64,000 nt of DNA from Parcubacteria group bacterium LiPW_15 (GTDB lineage: Bacteria > Patescibacteriota > Minisyncoccia > UBA6257 > 2-01-FULL-56-20), in contig VMER01000003.1 in the NCBI GenBank assembly GCA_007375645.1, positions 81,553 through 145,552 of the forward strand. The letters run 5' to 3'. The notes under the pieces were generated by a model, which searched no databases, was not told the DNA's origin, and saw nothing but the letters and a program-made list of their open reading frames with translations. Shown here piece after piece: positions 18,478-28,995 of the stretch (its first letter is position 1; each line of letters begins with the position of its first letter). A program made the translations under genes and the position numbers.

Positions 18478-20013
18478 TCACGCAAAGCCAGGGAAAAAGT
18501 CTACCCTGATCCTCCGGCCGGGCACGCCAGTCTTTTTTAAATTGTCTTCGAAACTTGTCGTCATAGAGCGCGGGCCGGAAACATAAAAAGTTCTGTCCTT
18601 GAAGTCCGGCACTTCTTTGACGATGAGCGCCATGTCCACTATTCCTACGGGTCCCGCCCAACCCTCCGGAACATTAGGGGAATCGGAAATACAATAAATT
18701 GTTTTTATGCCAAGTTTTTCTTTTGCTTCTTCAAAAATATCCATATAGGCAAACTCTTTTGGACTCTTCGCAGAATAGATAATAGTGATGTCCCGTTTTT
18801 CATTCCGATCCAAAAGATATTTGATCATACTCCTGAAAGGCGTGACACCGATGCCTCCGGCGATAAAAACCAGCTTTTTGTTCTTGTTCCCGGGCAGAAT
18901 AAAATCTCCCGCCAGATTGGAGGCGGCGATAGTGTCTCCGGGCTTCAGAGCCGAAAGATATTTTTTGAAACTGCTGGGCTTGGGATAGAACTTCACACCC
19001 ATTCTTATCTCGTTTTCCGTAGGTGAAGAAGCGAGAGTGAAATATCTGCGATTCCCCCGGGAATCCGGTTTCTCCCCTTTTAACGTCCACTCCAAATATT
19101 GTCCCGGACGAAAATTAATTTTCTTATCGGTCGTGAAAACAAAGTCATAAATATCCGCGCCGATCTCCTTAACTTCTTTAAGCCGCAAAACCTCTTTCCA
19201 TTTTGGGCTCACAAAATATGAAAAAACATTCCCAACCAGAAGCGCCACCTCCGGCGTGAAATAAACGCCCAGAATATTTATGTTTGAAGCGAAAAGCGCA
19301 CCGACCAAGACACCATAGATAAGTCGGGGAACGCGAGTGGGCGGAGTGGTTAAGGGCTCGGTGAGCATCACAAAGGCAAAGAAAAATGTCGGGGTATAGA
19401 GCGCGGCTTTCCCGAGCGAAACAAGCGGATCGCCTATCCCTGACGTTGTAAGAACGATGGAGGTCGCGGCGGCAATAAAAAACGCGGCTATCATCCCCTC
19501 CCGCTGAATCTTCCTAACTATCAAAAGTCCTCCAAAAAATATGAGAGGTGAAAGCGAAAGGCTCCTGCCGACCCACCAGGTTGCTGACTGGTTTACCACG
19601 AGGGCTGTCAACGCCACCGCCAAGGCGGCAGGATTAAATAAATGTTTTTTGCCTATCGCAAAAATGAACTTGGAAGCCATTGCAAAAATCGGTGCCCAAA
19701 TAAGAATCGGCAAAACAGACGTGTCCAGCGGAAACAGTGTCGCTGGCGGAACAATGATAAGCGCAAGGATAAGAGCAGTGATATAAACGGATTCCGTGTT
19801 GTCGTGCGCTTCAAAAACGCGAACGAATATAAAATTAACAGCATAAGAAATAATCAGCATAAGCGCGGCTGAGGTGAGAAGCGAGAGAGGATTGTGCGGC
19901 AATATCCCCGCCGCACTGAAAATTACCGCAAAACCCAAGAGGCCAGAAAGATAGTAAAGCACGAGGCGATACATGGTTATGCGATTCAGAAAGTTATCGA
20001 TATGGTTAAACAT
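18478..20013 (-). CDS. polytopic membrane protein with a C-terminal ferredoxin-NADP reductase-like FAD/NAD(P)-binding domain
   Basis: About 10 N-terminal TM helices. C-terminal RRYFTLASSP (FAD-binding RxYS/T motif) and LVFIAGGIGVTPFRSM (NAD-binding) motifs. Confidence 0.55.
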   Translation of the reverse strand: MFNHIDNFLNRITMYRLVLYYLSGLLGFAVIFSAAGILPHNPLSLLTSAALMLIISYAVNFIFVRVFEAHDNTESVYITALILALIIVPPATLFPLDTSVLPILIWAPIFAMASKFIFAIGKKHLFNPAALAVALTALVVNQSATWWVGRSLSLSPLIFFGGLLIVRKIQREGMIAAFFIAAATSIVLTTSGIGDPLVSLGKAALYTPTFFFAFVMLTEPLTTPPTRVPRLIYGVLVGALFASNINILGVYFTPEVALLVGNVFSYFVSPKWKEVLRLKEVKEIGADIYDFVFTTDKKINFRPGQYLEWTLKGEKPDSRGNRRYFTLASSPTENEIRMGVKFYPKPSSFKKYLSALKPGDTIAASNLAGDFILPGNKNKKLVFIAGGIGVTPFRSMIKYLLDRNEKRDITIIYSAKSPKEFAYMDIFEEAKEKLGIKTIYCISDSPNVPEGWAGPVGIVDMALIVKEVPDFKDRTFYVSGPRSMTTSFEDNLKKTGVPGRRIRVDFFPGFA

Positions 20014-20191
20014 TTTATTTAGGATAGCATTTAAAGTCGATGGTCATAGCCGCCATCGATAGAATAGTCTTCAAAAATCCCGCAAGGCACCGATAAAACA
20101 TGCTTAATTATACGTTTAAAATTTATTTTTTGGCCATCTCCCCCAACAGACCCCTTTCCATTCCCCGCCCGCTCGCTATACTCTTACATAA

Positions 20192-20665
20192 ATGAAGAAA
20201 TTCGTCGTTTTGCTTCACAATATCCGCTCCCTGCACAACGTGGGCTCGATTTTCCGAACCGCGGACGCGGCCGGAATAGATAAACTCTACCTTTGTGGAA
20301 TAACCCCAACGCCTTTAAATGTTTTTGGCCGGCCGGAAGAAAAACTTGCCAAGGTCGCCTTGGGTGCGGAAAAATATATCCCTTGGGAGAAAGCTCGCTC
20401 GACCGCAAAAATCATCGATGCGCTCAAAAAAGATGGCTTCACCATTCTGGCTCTCGAACAATCCAAAAACTCTACTCCCTACGGAAAATATAAATCTAAA
20501 AAAACCGAATGTGTTGCGTTGGTCTTGGGAAACGAAGTTAAGGGGTTGCCCGCAGGAATTTTAAAAAAGTGCGACAAAATCTTGGAAATACCGATGCGAG
20601 GCCGAAAAGAATCTTTGAATGTTTCCGTGGCGTTCGGAATAGTCACGTTTGAGTTAATAAAATAA
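20192..20665 (+). CDS. SpoU/TrmH-family RNA 2'-O-methyltransferase (minimal, TrmL-like size)
   Basis: 157 aa with motifs NVGSIFRTADAAG, LVLGNEVKGLP and IPMRGRKESLNVSVAFGIV. Terminator at 20663-20690. Confidence 0.75.
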   Translation: MKKFVVLLHNIRSLHNVGSIFRTADAAGIDKLYLCGITPTPLNVFGRPEEKLAKVALGAEKYIPWEKARSTAKIIDALKKDGFTILALEQSKNSTPYGKYKSKKTECVALVLGNEVKGLPAGILKKCDKILEIPMRGRKESLNVSVAFGIVTFELIK

Positions 20666-20707
20666 AAGGCGGCCCCTGGGGGCCGCCGAGTCGAAGAGCT
20701 GACGAAG

Positions 20708-21087
20708 CTACTGCTCGAGGAACTTGAGAGCGAGCTCTCCGGCCCGCGGATTGTCGCGACTTACGACCGCCGCCACCTCACGCCTGATGGAACTCCGGAG
20801 AAAGACCAGTGGATATTCGGTTTCTCCAGAACTCCTCCGGACCCAGACCAGGACTGAGGTTCTCCGGTTTTCGGCGCGAAGGATCAGGGACACCCGTCCA
20901 TCTGCGGTTTCGAGGAAATCTCCTCTCTTCGCCGCAAGAACCTCGCCCATGAGAAGCTCTACTTTCGCCTTTTCGGCCACGGGCAAGGCCTCATAAGCCT
21001 TCTGCTGTTCCTCTCCCACGGCGTTCATTTTGAGAATCGTCCAAACGAAGAATACTGCCGCACCCATCAGGACCGCCGCCAGGACTT
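20708..21087 (-). CDS. hypothetical membrane-anchored protein
   Basis: GGAGG SD 9 nt upstream of the ATG at 21087 (MKAKVLAAVLMGAAVFFVW..); the ORF track extends to 21163. GC-rich. Confidence 0.4.
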
Positions 21088-21218
21088 TCGCTTTCATCTC
21101 TCTATTCCTCCAGTTTTCATTCCGCATTTCGCGGAGATTTATGCTGGCAATATTATATCGCAAAACTCAAAAAAGTCAATCGCTGCGGGAAAGATCCTTT
21201 CCCGAGGTATAATGATAA

Positions 21219-21695
21219 TTGTTAATGAATAAAAAAGTGCTATATCTTTCGGTTTTTATAATATCTTTTTTGGTCATCTTCGCGGGGTTGTATTGGTTTT
21301 TTATAAAATCCAAATCCGGTCCGCTTAAAACGGCGGAAATTACAGTCGGCTCGCAAACATTTTCCGTGGAAATCGCGGACACTTTAAAAAGCCGCACCCA
21401 AGGTTTATCTGGCCATGCGCCGCTTGGCGATACGACGGGAATGTATTTTTCTTTCCCCATCAAAGCCAAATATTCTTTTTGGATGAAAGATATGGCCTAT
21501 CCCTTGGATATAATTTGGATAGCGGACGGAAAAGTCCTTGGCACGAGCGAAAACACACCCGTTCCCCAAAGCAACAACATTCTAAACCTACCCACTTATT
21601 CCCCGCCTCAGGCGATAGACTCGGCGCTGGAGTTGAACGCCGGTTCGGTTAAGAAATTCGGGATTCAAGTTGGCGATCCGGTTACCTTAAAGTGA
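21219..21695 (+). CDS. DUF192 domain protein
   Basis: FSVEIADTLKSRTQGLSG..GMYFSF..MKDMAYPLDIIWIADGKVLG..ALELNAGS matches the DUF192 pattern; N-terminal TM segment. Confidence 0.65.
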   Translation: MLMNKKVLYLSVFIISFLVIFAGLYWFFIKSKSGPLKTAEITVGSQTFSVEIADTLKSRTQGLSGHAPLGDTTGMYFSFPIKAKYSFWMKDMAYPLDIIWIADGKVLGTSENTPVPQSNNILNLPTYSPPQAIDSALELNAGSVKKFGIQVGDPVTLK

Positions 21696-22385
21696 CCACT
21701 TGGCCGCAGAGAAAATAAGCGTTGCGAGAATAAACAGAAAAGAAACGTAAAGCAGTATCTTGTTCGTTTTTAGCTTGTCTTCAATATACGAAAGGAACCA
21801 TTCGAACAGAATAAAGGCAATCATGATGACCAGCGCGGACTGTGAGAGATAATCGAGCGGCAAAAATCCGGCGATTGTCGCGACCTCCCAAAGGATGAAA
21901 GACATCACGCCCAAGGCCAGCGGATGCTTGGCGTGTGATTCTTCCAAAATGAGCAAGAATCTTTTCGCGAGAAAATAGAAAAGCCCGGCAAAGACTAAAG
22001 TTTTAATCGGCATCCAAGGCGACCAGGCATCCAACCCTCCGTAAAGCAAAAGTCCGGCCATAATAAGAATGCCGAAGATCATAAGCGTCGAGGCGGAGCG
22101 GCGGTCGATGAACACAAGTTCTTTTAAGCCCAAGATGAGAAAAAATATTAATCCCAGCCCCGCACCCACGAGCGTGGTCTGTCCCAAAAAATGGGCGAGA
22201 ATAAATGCGGAAGCCAGCGGCAATCCCATCCAACGCGCCCTGAAGAGTGACGAAAAATAAAACACGCCGCCCAAGACCCAGGCGATCCACTCCGGGAGTA
22301 AGACCCATGCGGCCACAACAACCAGGGCTTTAAATACTAAAGACCAATGTATTCCCTTTGAAATTAACTTTAACTTTTCCACCAT
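21687..22385 (-). CDS. hypothetical polytopic membrane protein
   Basis: 232 aa with about 7 hydrophobic helices; its N-terminus overlaps the C-terminus of clpB. Confidence 0.4.
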   Translation of the reverse strand: MVEKLKLISKGIHWSLVFKALVVVAAWVLLPEWIAWVLGGVFYFSSLFRARWMGLPLASAFILAHFLGQTTLVGAGLGLIFFLILGLKELVFIDRRSASTLMIFGILIMAGLLLYGGLDAWSPWMPIKTLVFAGLFYFLAKRFLLILEESHAKHPLALGVMSFILWEVATIAGFLPLDYLSQSALVIMIAFILFEWFLSYIEDKLKTNKILLYVSFLFILATLIFSAAKWSL

Positions 22386-24972
22386 CTTTTAGTTCTCCGC
22401 GGATTATTTTATCGGCCAACGCGTCAAGAATCGTTTTCTGGATGAGGCGTTTTAGGGGGCGAGCTCCGAAGTCCGGGCTCCAGCCTTCTTCCGCCAAGTG
22501 CCTCTTCGCGGCTGCGTCTATTACTATTCTAATATTTTTTTCGGCTAAACGCTCCTCCACCTCTTTAAACTGCAGATCAACGATGGATTCGATGTCTTTG
22601 AGCCTTAATGGATTGAAGATGACTATTTCATCTATGCGGTTCAGAAACTCCGGACGAAAATCTTCGCGAAGCGCTTCGTTTATTTTGTCTTTATAGTCTT
22701 CCTCTTCGCGCTTTAGCCTCTTTTCGTCGGTCGTAGCGAAACCGATCTTCGACATAGCCGCCACAAATTCGCTGCCGACATTCGAAGTCATGATAATAAT
22801 GGAGTTTTTGAAGTTCACGGTCTTGCCCTTGCTGTCGGTAAGCCTACCGTTGTCAAGCACCTGCAAGAGGATATTAAAAACCTCCGGATGCGCCTTTTCT
22901 ATCTCGTCAAAAAGAATGACGCTGTAGGGCCTGTGGCGGATAGTTTCGGTGAGCTGACCGCCCTCTTCGTGACCGACATAGCCCGGAGGCGAACCGATAA
23001 GGCGCGAAACCGCGTGTCGCTCCATATATTCGGACATATCCACGCGAATCAAGGCCTTCTCGTCGTTGAACATGAATTCCGCCAAGGCTTTCGCAAGCTC
23101 GGTCTTACCCACGCCGGTGGGACCCAGGAACATAAAGGAGCCCAAAGGACGGTTGGCGTCGGAGAGTCCGGCCCTGGCACGTCGAAGGGCCCTCGCAATG
23201 GCCGAAACGGCTTCCGCTTGCCCGACCACCCGGGTGTGCAGAACTTCTTCGATTTTCATTAATTTCTCGCTTTCTGTTTCGAGCATGCGATTTAAGGGAA
23301 CTCCGGTCCATTTGGAGACCACCGCGGCCACGTCTTCTTTATCTACCGCATCTTTAAGAAATTTCCACGCGTCGTCTTTTCCTTTTTTTGGTTTGTTCGC
23401 CCCAAAATATTTCTTCTCGAAAATTTCGAAGTCTTTCTGTGCCTGAGGGAGTTCGCCGTAAATTATCTGCGCCACACGCTCCAAATTACCATCGCGATCG
23501 GCCACTTCCGATTCACGCTTTAGGTTTTCTATTTTTCTCCTGAGTTCGTGAAGATTTTCGAATTTTATTTTTTCGCTGTGCCATTGGGCGGAAAGCTCGT
23601 CGTTTCGCTCTTTCAAGCTCTTCAGTTCTTTTTCTATCGCCTTCACGCGCACGGCGTGTTTTTCTCCCTTCTCTTTGGAGAGAGCCTGTTTTTCGACTTC
23701 CAATCTACCGACCTCTCGACGGATCTTATCTATTTCTTTCGGCAAACTTTCGGTTTCCAATCTCCTCGCTGCCGCGGCTTCGTCTATCAAGTCCACTGCC
23801 TTATCCGGCAGAAACCTGTCGCTGATGTAACGCGCGGAAAGATTAACGGCCTCCACTATCGCCTCGTCGGAGATTCTGAGTCCGTGATGTATCTCGTATT
23901 TTTCTTTAAGACCCCTCAAGATCGCGATCGAATCTTCGATTGAAGGTTCTTCCACCATGATCGGCTGGAATCTTCGCTCCAGGGCCGCATCTTTTTCTAT
24001 GTGCTTTTGATATTCACGGATGGTTGTCGCGCCGATGGTATGCAATTCGCCGCGAGCAAGCGCGGGCTTCAATAAATTAGAAGCGTCTATTGCTCCTTCG
24101 GCCGCACCGGCACCGACGATAGTGTGGATCTCGTCGATGAACAGGATCATTTTGCCGGAAGCATTCTTAATTTCTTTCATAAAGGCCTTCATGCGGTCTT
24201 CAAATTCGCCGCGGAATTTCGTTCCGGCGATAAGCGAACCCAGATCAAGCATCACCACTTCTTTGCCTTTGAGGGGCTCGGGCACATCCCCAGCCACAAT
24301 TCTTTGGGCCAACCCTTCGACAATAGCGGTCTTGCCGACGCCCGGCTCTCCGATGAGACAAGGATTGTTTTTGGTGCGCCGCGAAAGCACCTGCATCACC
24401 CGGCGTAATTCTTCTTCGCGGCCGATAACTGGATCCAATTCTCCGGCGCGCGCCCGCTCGGTCATATTAATGGCGTATTTTTCGAGAACTTGGAATTTAG
24501 ATTCCGGAGTCTCGTCGGTAATGCGAGTAGAGCCTCTCAAATGTGCCAAAATTTTGAAAATGGACTCGCGACGGACGCCGAATTTGGAGAGAAGCGCATT
24601 CGCATCGGATGGAACCTCCAAAAGCGCCAGAAGCATATGTTCGCAGGAAACAAATTCGTCTTTTTGCTGGGCAGCCATCTTCGCGGCCTGATCCAAAATC
24701 TTCATAAGCTCCTGGGAAAGATAAAGCTGGCTCACATTCGCGACCGTGACCATCTTGGGAAGAGTGTCGAGCGCCATATCTATCTCGTCTATCAGCATAT
24801 CGGTGCTAACCCCCGCCTTTTGAAGCGTCGGGACGACAAGCGAGCTTTGGTCTTCCAAAAGCGAAAGCAAAAGGTGCAAGCCTTTTAATTCGCCGTGATT
24901 TCGTTCCGCCGCCACTTCTTGCGCGCGTTGTAACGCCTCTTGAGCCTTGATAGTAAATCTGTGATTTGCCAT
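22330..24972 (-). CDS. clpB: ATP-dependent chaperone ClpB
   Basis: Clp N-domain, two AAA+ modules ([16 protein letters not shown]) and a long coiled-coil middle domain. ATG at 24972 ([14 protein letters not shown]..); the ORF-track start at 25026 is a TTG. Confidence 0.9.
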   Translation of the reverse strand: MANHRFTIKAQEALQRAQEVAAERNHGELKGLHLLLSLLEDQSSLVVPTLQKAGVSTDMLIDEIDMALDTLPKMVTVANVSQLYLSQELMKILDQAAKMAAQQKDEFVSCEHMLLALLEVPSDANALLSKFGVRRESIFKILAHLRGSTRITDETPESKFQVLEKYAINMTERARAGELDPVIGREEELRRVMQVLSRRTKNNPCLIGEPGVGKTAIVEGLAQRIVAGDVPEPLKGKEVVMLDLGSLIAGTKFRGEFEDRMKAFMKEIKNASGKMILFIDEIHTIVGAGAAEGAIDASNLLKPALARGELHTIGATTIREYQKHIEKDAALERRFQPIMVEEPSIEDSIAILRGLKEKYEIHHGLRISDEAIVEAVNLSARYISDRFLPDKAVDLIDEAAAARRLETESLPKEIDKIRREVGRLEVEKQALSKEKGEKHAVRVKAIEKELKSLKERNDELSAQWHSEKIKFENLHELRRKIENLKRESEVADRDGNLERVAQIIYGELPQAQKDFEIFEKKYFGANKPKKGKDDAWKFLKDAVDKEDVAAVVSKWTGVPLNRMLETESEKLMKIEEVLHTRVVGQAEAVSAIARALRRARAGLSDANRPLGSFMFLGPTGVGKTELAKALAEFMFNDEKALIRVDMSEYMERHAVSRLIGSPPGYVGHEEGGQLTETIRHRPYSVILFDEIEKAHPEVFNILLQVLDNGRLTDSKGKTVNFKNSIIIMTSNVGSEFVAAMSKIGFATTDEKRLKREEEDYKDKINEALREDFRPEFLNRIDEIVIFNPLRLKDIESIVDLQFKEVEERLAEKNIRIVIDAAAKRHLAEEGWSPDFGARPLKRLIQKTILDALADKIIRGELKDGGKVKVNFKGNTLVFSI

Positions 24973-25072
24973 TTGTTTATTATAGCAGGCAAACAAAGAT
25001 TGGCAATCTCGAGACAGGACTGCCAATCGGCGGGAAATAGAAAGCCGCTGCGGATGCAGCGGCTGAGATACC

Positions 25073-25696
25073 CTAGGAGGCGAACCACCTTTGAACCGTT
25101 AACCTAACGCATTCGACTTCCCGTCCTGACACGAGCCCCTGAAGCACGTCAGGCAGAAGCTCCGAGTCTTCCCGAGTAGACAGGATAGCAACCGGCAACA
25201 TTATCCCCTCGTAAGGGATCTCATGCTTCTTGGGGTCGGTGAGAAAATGCCCCGGAATCGTATAAGAAAGGTTTTGCATCCTCTCTCCGCACCGGCGCCA
25301 CCATTCACGGAAGTCCTTGAGTGGAACGGCTTCGCGCCATTCCCTCATTCCGGCGGCCGAAAAAAGGTTTATCTCGATCCCTATGTGGCTAATGGGTACC
25401 ATCTCGCATCTGTCCGAAACCCTTCCTCGCCTTTCGAGTTTAAGCTGAGTCGAATTTGAGGTTTCTCTCAAAATCTTCAAGAGCTCTGTGAGCGTGAGGC
25501 GCGCCAACGCATCGCCCCGCACGCGCAGCAGAATCCCGACATCATCAAGCCTGAACTTGGAAGTAATTCTCTTCCGGCATCCCGCCGGCCTCTCCCTGTG
25601 AGAATCAAAACCCGGCGACCAAAAACCGATGAGAGGGAGGAATTTGAGAACAGCTAGGGACGAAAGAACCTCGACAAGACTTGGGTCGTGGAACAT
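25073..25696 (-). CDS. hypothetical protein
   Basis: 207 aa with no recognised family. Terminator-like hairpins lie downstream (25007-25038; 25051-25075). Confidence 0.4.
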   Translation of the reverse strand: MFHDPSLVEVLSSLAVLKFLPLIGFWSPGFDSHRERPAGCRKRITSKFRLDDVGILLRVRGDALARLTLTELLKILRETSNSTQLKLERRGRVSDRCEMVPISHIGIEINLFSAAGMREWREAVPLKDFREWWRRCGERMQNLSYTIPGHFLTDPKKHEIPYEGIMLPVAILSTREDSELLPDVLQGLVSGREVECVRLTVQRWFAS

Positions 25697-25923
25697 ATGA
25701 TCCTCCTTCTTGGATTCAAAGAACGTATTTCGGAAGACATAAAAAACCTCTTCCGAGGGAGAGGTTTTTTATTTAAGATTCCGGCTTAATCTAAAAACTA
25801 TCTTCCTCGGGAGGGGTTTTGTGACTAAATTGGAAGAAATATCGTTTGGATACTGCCATTTGTATATAAAACGCAGGCTAACAAAAAAGGTTACACGGGG
25901 GGGCGATGGAGCTCGCTCGAACC

Positions 25924-27192
25924 TTACTGCGGCCGTTTTCCAAGCACAACCTTAAACTCCATCTCCTTTCCTCCTCTCGCTATCTTTAAGGTCACCGTGT
26001 CGCCGGGATTATATTCGGAGATGAGCGCGAGCAGAGAATTATTTTCGTCTATCTTTTTTCCGTTCACTTCCAAAATTATATCTTCCGCCAAGATACCGGC
26101 TTTCTCCGCCGGAGAATCTTTGGCAATGGCCGGACCGTCATCGCCTCCGCGGACAAGCGCGCCATGATCCGCAGCCAAATTTTGTTTCTTGGCCAGGTCG
26201 GCGGTGATAGTCATGCTTCGGACTCCGAGGTAAGCGGTCTGGATCTCACCTTTGGTTTTTACCGAACTTATAGCGCGCTTGGCGCGGTTAATCGGAATCG
26301 CAAAACCGATGCTCTGCGCATCGTTGGCCATCGCCGTGTTTATGCCGATAACCTCTCCGCGCAAGTTGAGAAGCGGACCGCCGGAATTGCCCGGGTTAAT
26401 GGCCGCGTCTGTCTGAATCACGCCGGCCAAAGTTTCCGCACCCACAGAGGAACCGGAAGCGGTGATGGTGCGTGAAAGGCCGGAAATAACCCCGACGGAG
26501 ACGGTGTTCCTGAATTCCCCCAAAGCATTGCCGATAGCTATTGCCGTCTGGCCAAGCTCAATGGAATCGGAGTCACCCAGCGTGACGGTCGGAAAACCGT
26601 TTCCGCTGATCTTTAAAACCGCGAGATCTTGAGTCGGGTCTATCGCAACTATGGTCGCTTCGTGCTTTTCACCCTCGCTCGTAAAGACCGTGTAAGAAGC
26701 GGTTTTGTCGGAAGCCACATGCTTATTGGTGATGATAAGCCCTTCGGAAGTGATAATGAAACCGCTCCCGCCACCCACTTCTTGGAGCTGTTTCTTCCCT
26801 TTGTCGCAGGGCACGGAAAACTGCGGCATGTCTCCAAAAAATTGCCGGAACTCGAGCGGAAGATCAGAGAATGGACTTGCGCCCGGACAGGATTCCAACA
26901 CGGGCACATTTTTGGAAATAGTTATGGCCACGACTGCGGGCGAAGCCTTTTTTACCGCGGCGACAACCGCATTTTCATAATCTCCGGCCGGCTTGTAGAG
27001 AGGTACCGGATTCTTATTCCCCTCGGAGTTATTCGTTTCGGCATTCGGCAAAGTTCCGCCTTTAAACGGAGAGGTGATGCTATTCCAAAGATCGCCCCAG
27101 ACGCTAGCCCGGACAACATCGGCTTCCCCGACAATTATTACAACCGCCACAACTACCACTAAAATTCCCAAAATTTTAATTTTTTCTTTCAT
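25924..27192 (-). CDS. htrA: HtrA/DegP-family serine protease with a PDZ domain
   Basis: Trypsin-like catalytic motif GNSGGPLLN, C-terminal PDZ domain, N-terminal TM segment. Confidence 0.85.
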   Translation of the reverse strand: MKEKIKILGILVVVVAVVIIVGEADVVRASVWGDLWNSITSPFKGGTLPNAETNNSEGNKNPVPLYKPAGDYENAVVAAVKKASPAVVAITISKNVPVLESCPGASPFSDLPLEFRQFFGDMPQFSVPCDKGKKQLQEVGGGSGFIITSEGLIITNKHVASDKTASYTVFTSEGEKHEATIVAIDPTQDLAVLKISGNGFPTVTLGDSDSIELGQTAIAIGNALGEFRNTVSVGVISGLSRTITASGSSVGAETLAGVIQTDAAINPGNSGGPLLNLRGEVIGINTAMANDAQSIGFAIPINRAKRAISSVKTKGEIQTAYLGVRSMTITADLAKKQNLAADHGALVRGGDDGPAIAKDSPAEKAGILAEDIILEVNGKKIDENNSLLALISEYNPGDTVTLKIARGGKEMEFKVVLGKRPQ

Positions 27193-28396
27193 ATTTTTTT
27201 ATCTCTTTAATTAATTTTAATATGTCCGGCTTCTTCGTGTCTCTGCCGAAGCTGATCCGCAAACTTCCCCTCGCGCGCTCCTCCGAGTAGCCCAGGGCGA
27301 GAATGACATGCGACGGCTCCGCGCTCCGGCTTCTACAGGCGGAACCCGCGGAAACTGCAAAACCGGCCAAATCCAGGCGGGTTAATAGTTCCTCCGCTCG
27401 GCGGCCCGGAAGATTTATATTGGCAACGTGAGGCAGCGTTTGTTTTTTGTTCGCCGTCCCATTTATAGATACGTTCGGAATCGCCTTTTTGGTTTCGCCG
27501 AGGAAATATGCCTTTAATCCCTCGACTCTTTCGGCTTCTTTGGCCCTCATTCCGGTAGTTATCTTCACCGCCTCCCCGAATCCAACGATGGCCGCAACGT
27601 TTTCCGTGCCCGAACGAAGTCCAAATTCCTGAGCGCCCCCGGAAATGATGGGCTCCAGACCGCTCCTCTCTTTTATATACAGAACGCCTGCGCCCTTAGG
27701 CCCGTATATTTTCTGCGAGGAAAGGGTCATAAGATCGATTCCAAGCCCACTCACATTACAGTCTATATATTGAAAAGCTTGGGCGGCATCGGTGTGAAAC
27801 AAGGGATAGAATGTAGAACCTGAAGTATAGAATTTAGAATTCTTTTTGAATTCGGAGATTATTTCGGCGAATTTAGCGACGGGCTGAATGGTGCCGATTT
27901 CGTTATTGCCGAGCATCACGGAAACCACCGCGGTCCTCTCGTCCAATTTCTCGCGCAAGATCTCTTCACGCACAAATCCGTTTTTATCTACCGGCAAACA
28001 AACGACTTCCGCTCCCTCGCCAAGAAGTGCGCGGGCGGACTCCAAAACAGACTCGTGCTCTATGGCTGAGACAATTATTTTCGGTTTTCCTTTTATTCCG
28101 TTCTTTTTAAAATATTTTTTGGCCCCTAGAAACGCGCCTTTGATCGCCAGGTTGTTCGCCTCTGTCGCGGAACCGGTAAAAATTATCTGGCGAAAATCCG
28201 CACCAAGTTCCCGCGCGATAATATCCCTCGCCTTATCTACTGCGGTTATCGCTTCCTGGCCGAAGGAATGAAGGCTCCCGGCATTGCCGAATTTTTCGGA
28301 AAAATACGGCAACATCGCCCCCAGAACTTTTTTGTCCACCGGAGCGGAGGCCGCGTAATCGAAATAATAACGTTTCATATCTACTTTATATGCCAT
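27176..28396 (-). CDS. cysteine desulfurase (class-V aminotransferase, IscS/NifS-like)
   Basis: PLP-fold motifs, a SSHK-like region, and a C-terminal active-site Cys region (SAGSACRS). 406 aa. Confidence 0.8.
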   Translation of the reverse strand: MAYKVDMKRYYFDYAASAPVDKKVLGAMLPYFSEKFGNAGSLHSFGQEAITAVDKARDIIARELGADFRQIIFTGSATEANNLAIKGAFLGAKKYFKKNGIKGKPKIIVSAIEHESVLESARALLGEGAEVVCLPVDKNGFVREEILREKLDERTAVVSVMLGNNEIGTIQPVAKFAEIISEFKKNSKFYTSGSTFYPLFHTDAAQAFQYIDCNVSGLGIDLMTLSSQKIYGPKGAGVLYIKERSGLEPIISGGAQEFGLRSGTENVAAIVGFGEAVKITTGMRAKEAERVEGLKAYFLGETKKAIPNVSINGTANKKQTLPHVANINLPGRRAEELLTRLDLAGFAVSAGSACRSRSAEPSHVILALGYSEERARGSLRISFGRDTKKPDILKLIKEIKKYERKN

Positions 28397-28502
28397 AAGC
28401 CGACAAAAATCTACACGAGGGCTTCTCTGGGCAAAAAGTCATCCAAAAAAACCACTCACCCACCTGCTTATTTATCCCTGCGCATTTTTCCGCCCTCCAC
28501 AC

Positions 28503-28532
28503 ATTAACTGCTTTGATATATCAAAGCAGTTA
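28503..28532. promoter_or_regulatory. 30-bp perfect palindrome TTAACTGCTTTGATA|TATCAAAGCAGTTAA at the 3' end of the TrpR-like gene
   Basis: Direct inspection; it shares the 22-bp core CTGCTTTGATATATCAAAGCAG with 28956-28995. Confidence 0.6.
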
Positions 28533-28946
28533 ATCAAACATCCAGATCCTGCCATATTTTGTCTTTTTGTAATGCCCGCTCCTCCTTGGCCTATTACCGG
28601 CTCCTGAGACATTTTTCTCCGCGCCGGTAACCTTCCGCTCTTGGTTCCCGAGATAGCTTTCGTAGGTTTTGCCATCCAACACTCTTTTGATACGGCTGAC
28701 TGTTTGGGAGGAAACCCAAAACTTTTTGCCTATATCCCGATAGCTATTCCCGGAAACAACAGACTCCAGCACGGCTACCCGCAACACGAGGTCATGCCGC
28801 TCTTTATCGGTCACAAACAATCGCAGAAGATCGGGGCGAGCAGAAATCATTTTCCAGCAGACAATTTCCCACTCCTTTCGCGAAGAAAAATCTTCCGGAT
28901 TCGGCAAATTGATTTTTCCGGCGCGCTGATTTCTTGTTCCTCCCAT
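28530..28946 (-). CDS. TrpR-like DNA-binding protein (YerC/YecD family)
   Basis: ERHDLVLRVAVLESVVSGNSYRDIGKKFWVSSQTVSRIKRVL matches the TrpR/YerC helix-turn-helix region. Confidence 0.6.
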   Translation of the reverse strand: MGGTRNQRAGKINLPNPEDFSSRKEWEIVCWKMISARPDLLRLFVTDKERHDLVLRVAVLESVVSGNSYRDIGKKFWVSSQTVSRIKRVLDGKTYESYLGNQERKVTGAEKNVSGAGNRPRRSGHYKKTKYGRIWMFD

Positions 28947-28955
28947 GCACTAATC

Positions 28956-28995
28956 ATACCACCACTGCTTTGATATATCAAAGCAGTGGTGGTAT
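28956..28995. promoter_or_regulatory. 40-bp perfect palindrome ATACCACCACTGCTTTGATA|TATCAAAGCAGTGGTGGTAT, 10 bp upstream of the TrpR-like start
   Basis: Direct inspection; the position implies an autoregulatory operator overlapping the promoter and ribosome-binding site. Confidence 0.6.

Noticed and set aside
18003-18485. 160-aa minus-strand ORF overlapping the zinc-ribbon gene
   Set aside because: It is antisense to an ORF with a GAAGGAGAG SD and a textbook plus-strand terminator, and it has no SD of its own.
25007-25038. Inverted repeat GATTGGCA-N15-TGCCAATC upstream of clpB, considered as a heat-shock operator (CIRCE/HAIR/CtsR-like)
   Set aside because: The sequence does not match CIRCE (TTAGCACTC-N9-GAGTGCTAA), HAIR or CtsR consensus. 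On the minus strand it is followed by a T-rich tract and sits just after the stop of 25073..25696, so it is more simply that gene's terminator.
28503-28995. The two long perfect palindromes, considered as a CRISPR-like or tandem repeat array
   Set aside because: There are only two copies, each self-complementary, with a protein-coding gene between them and no repeat-spacer periodicity. They are interpreted as operator or terminal-inverted-repeat-like sites instead. No CRISPR array is present in the window.
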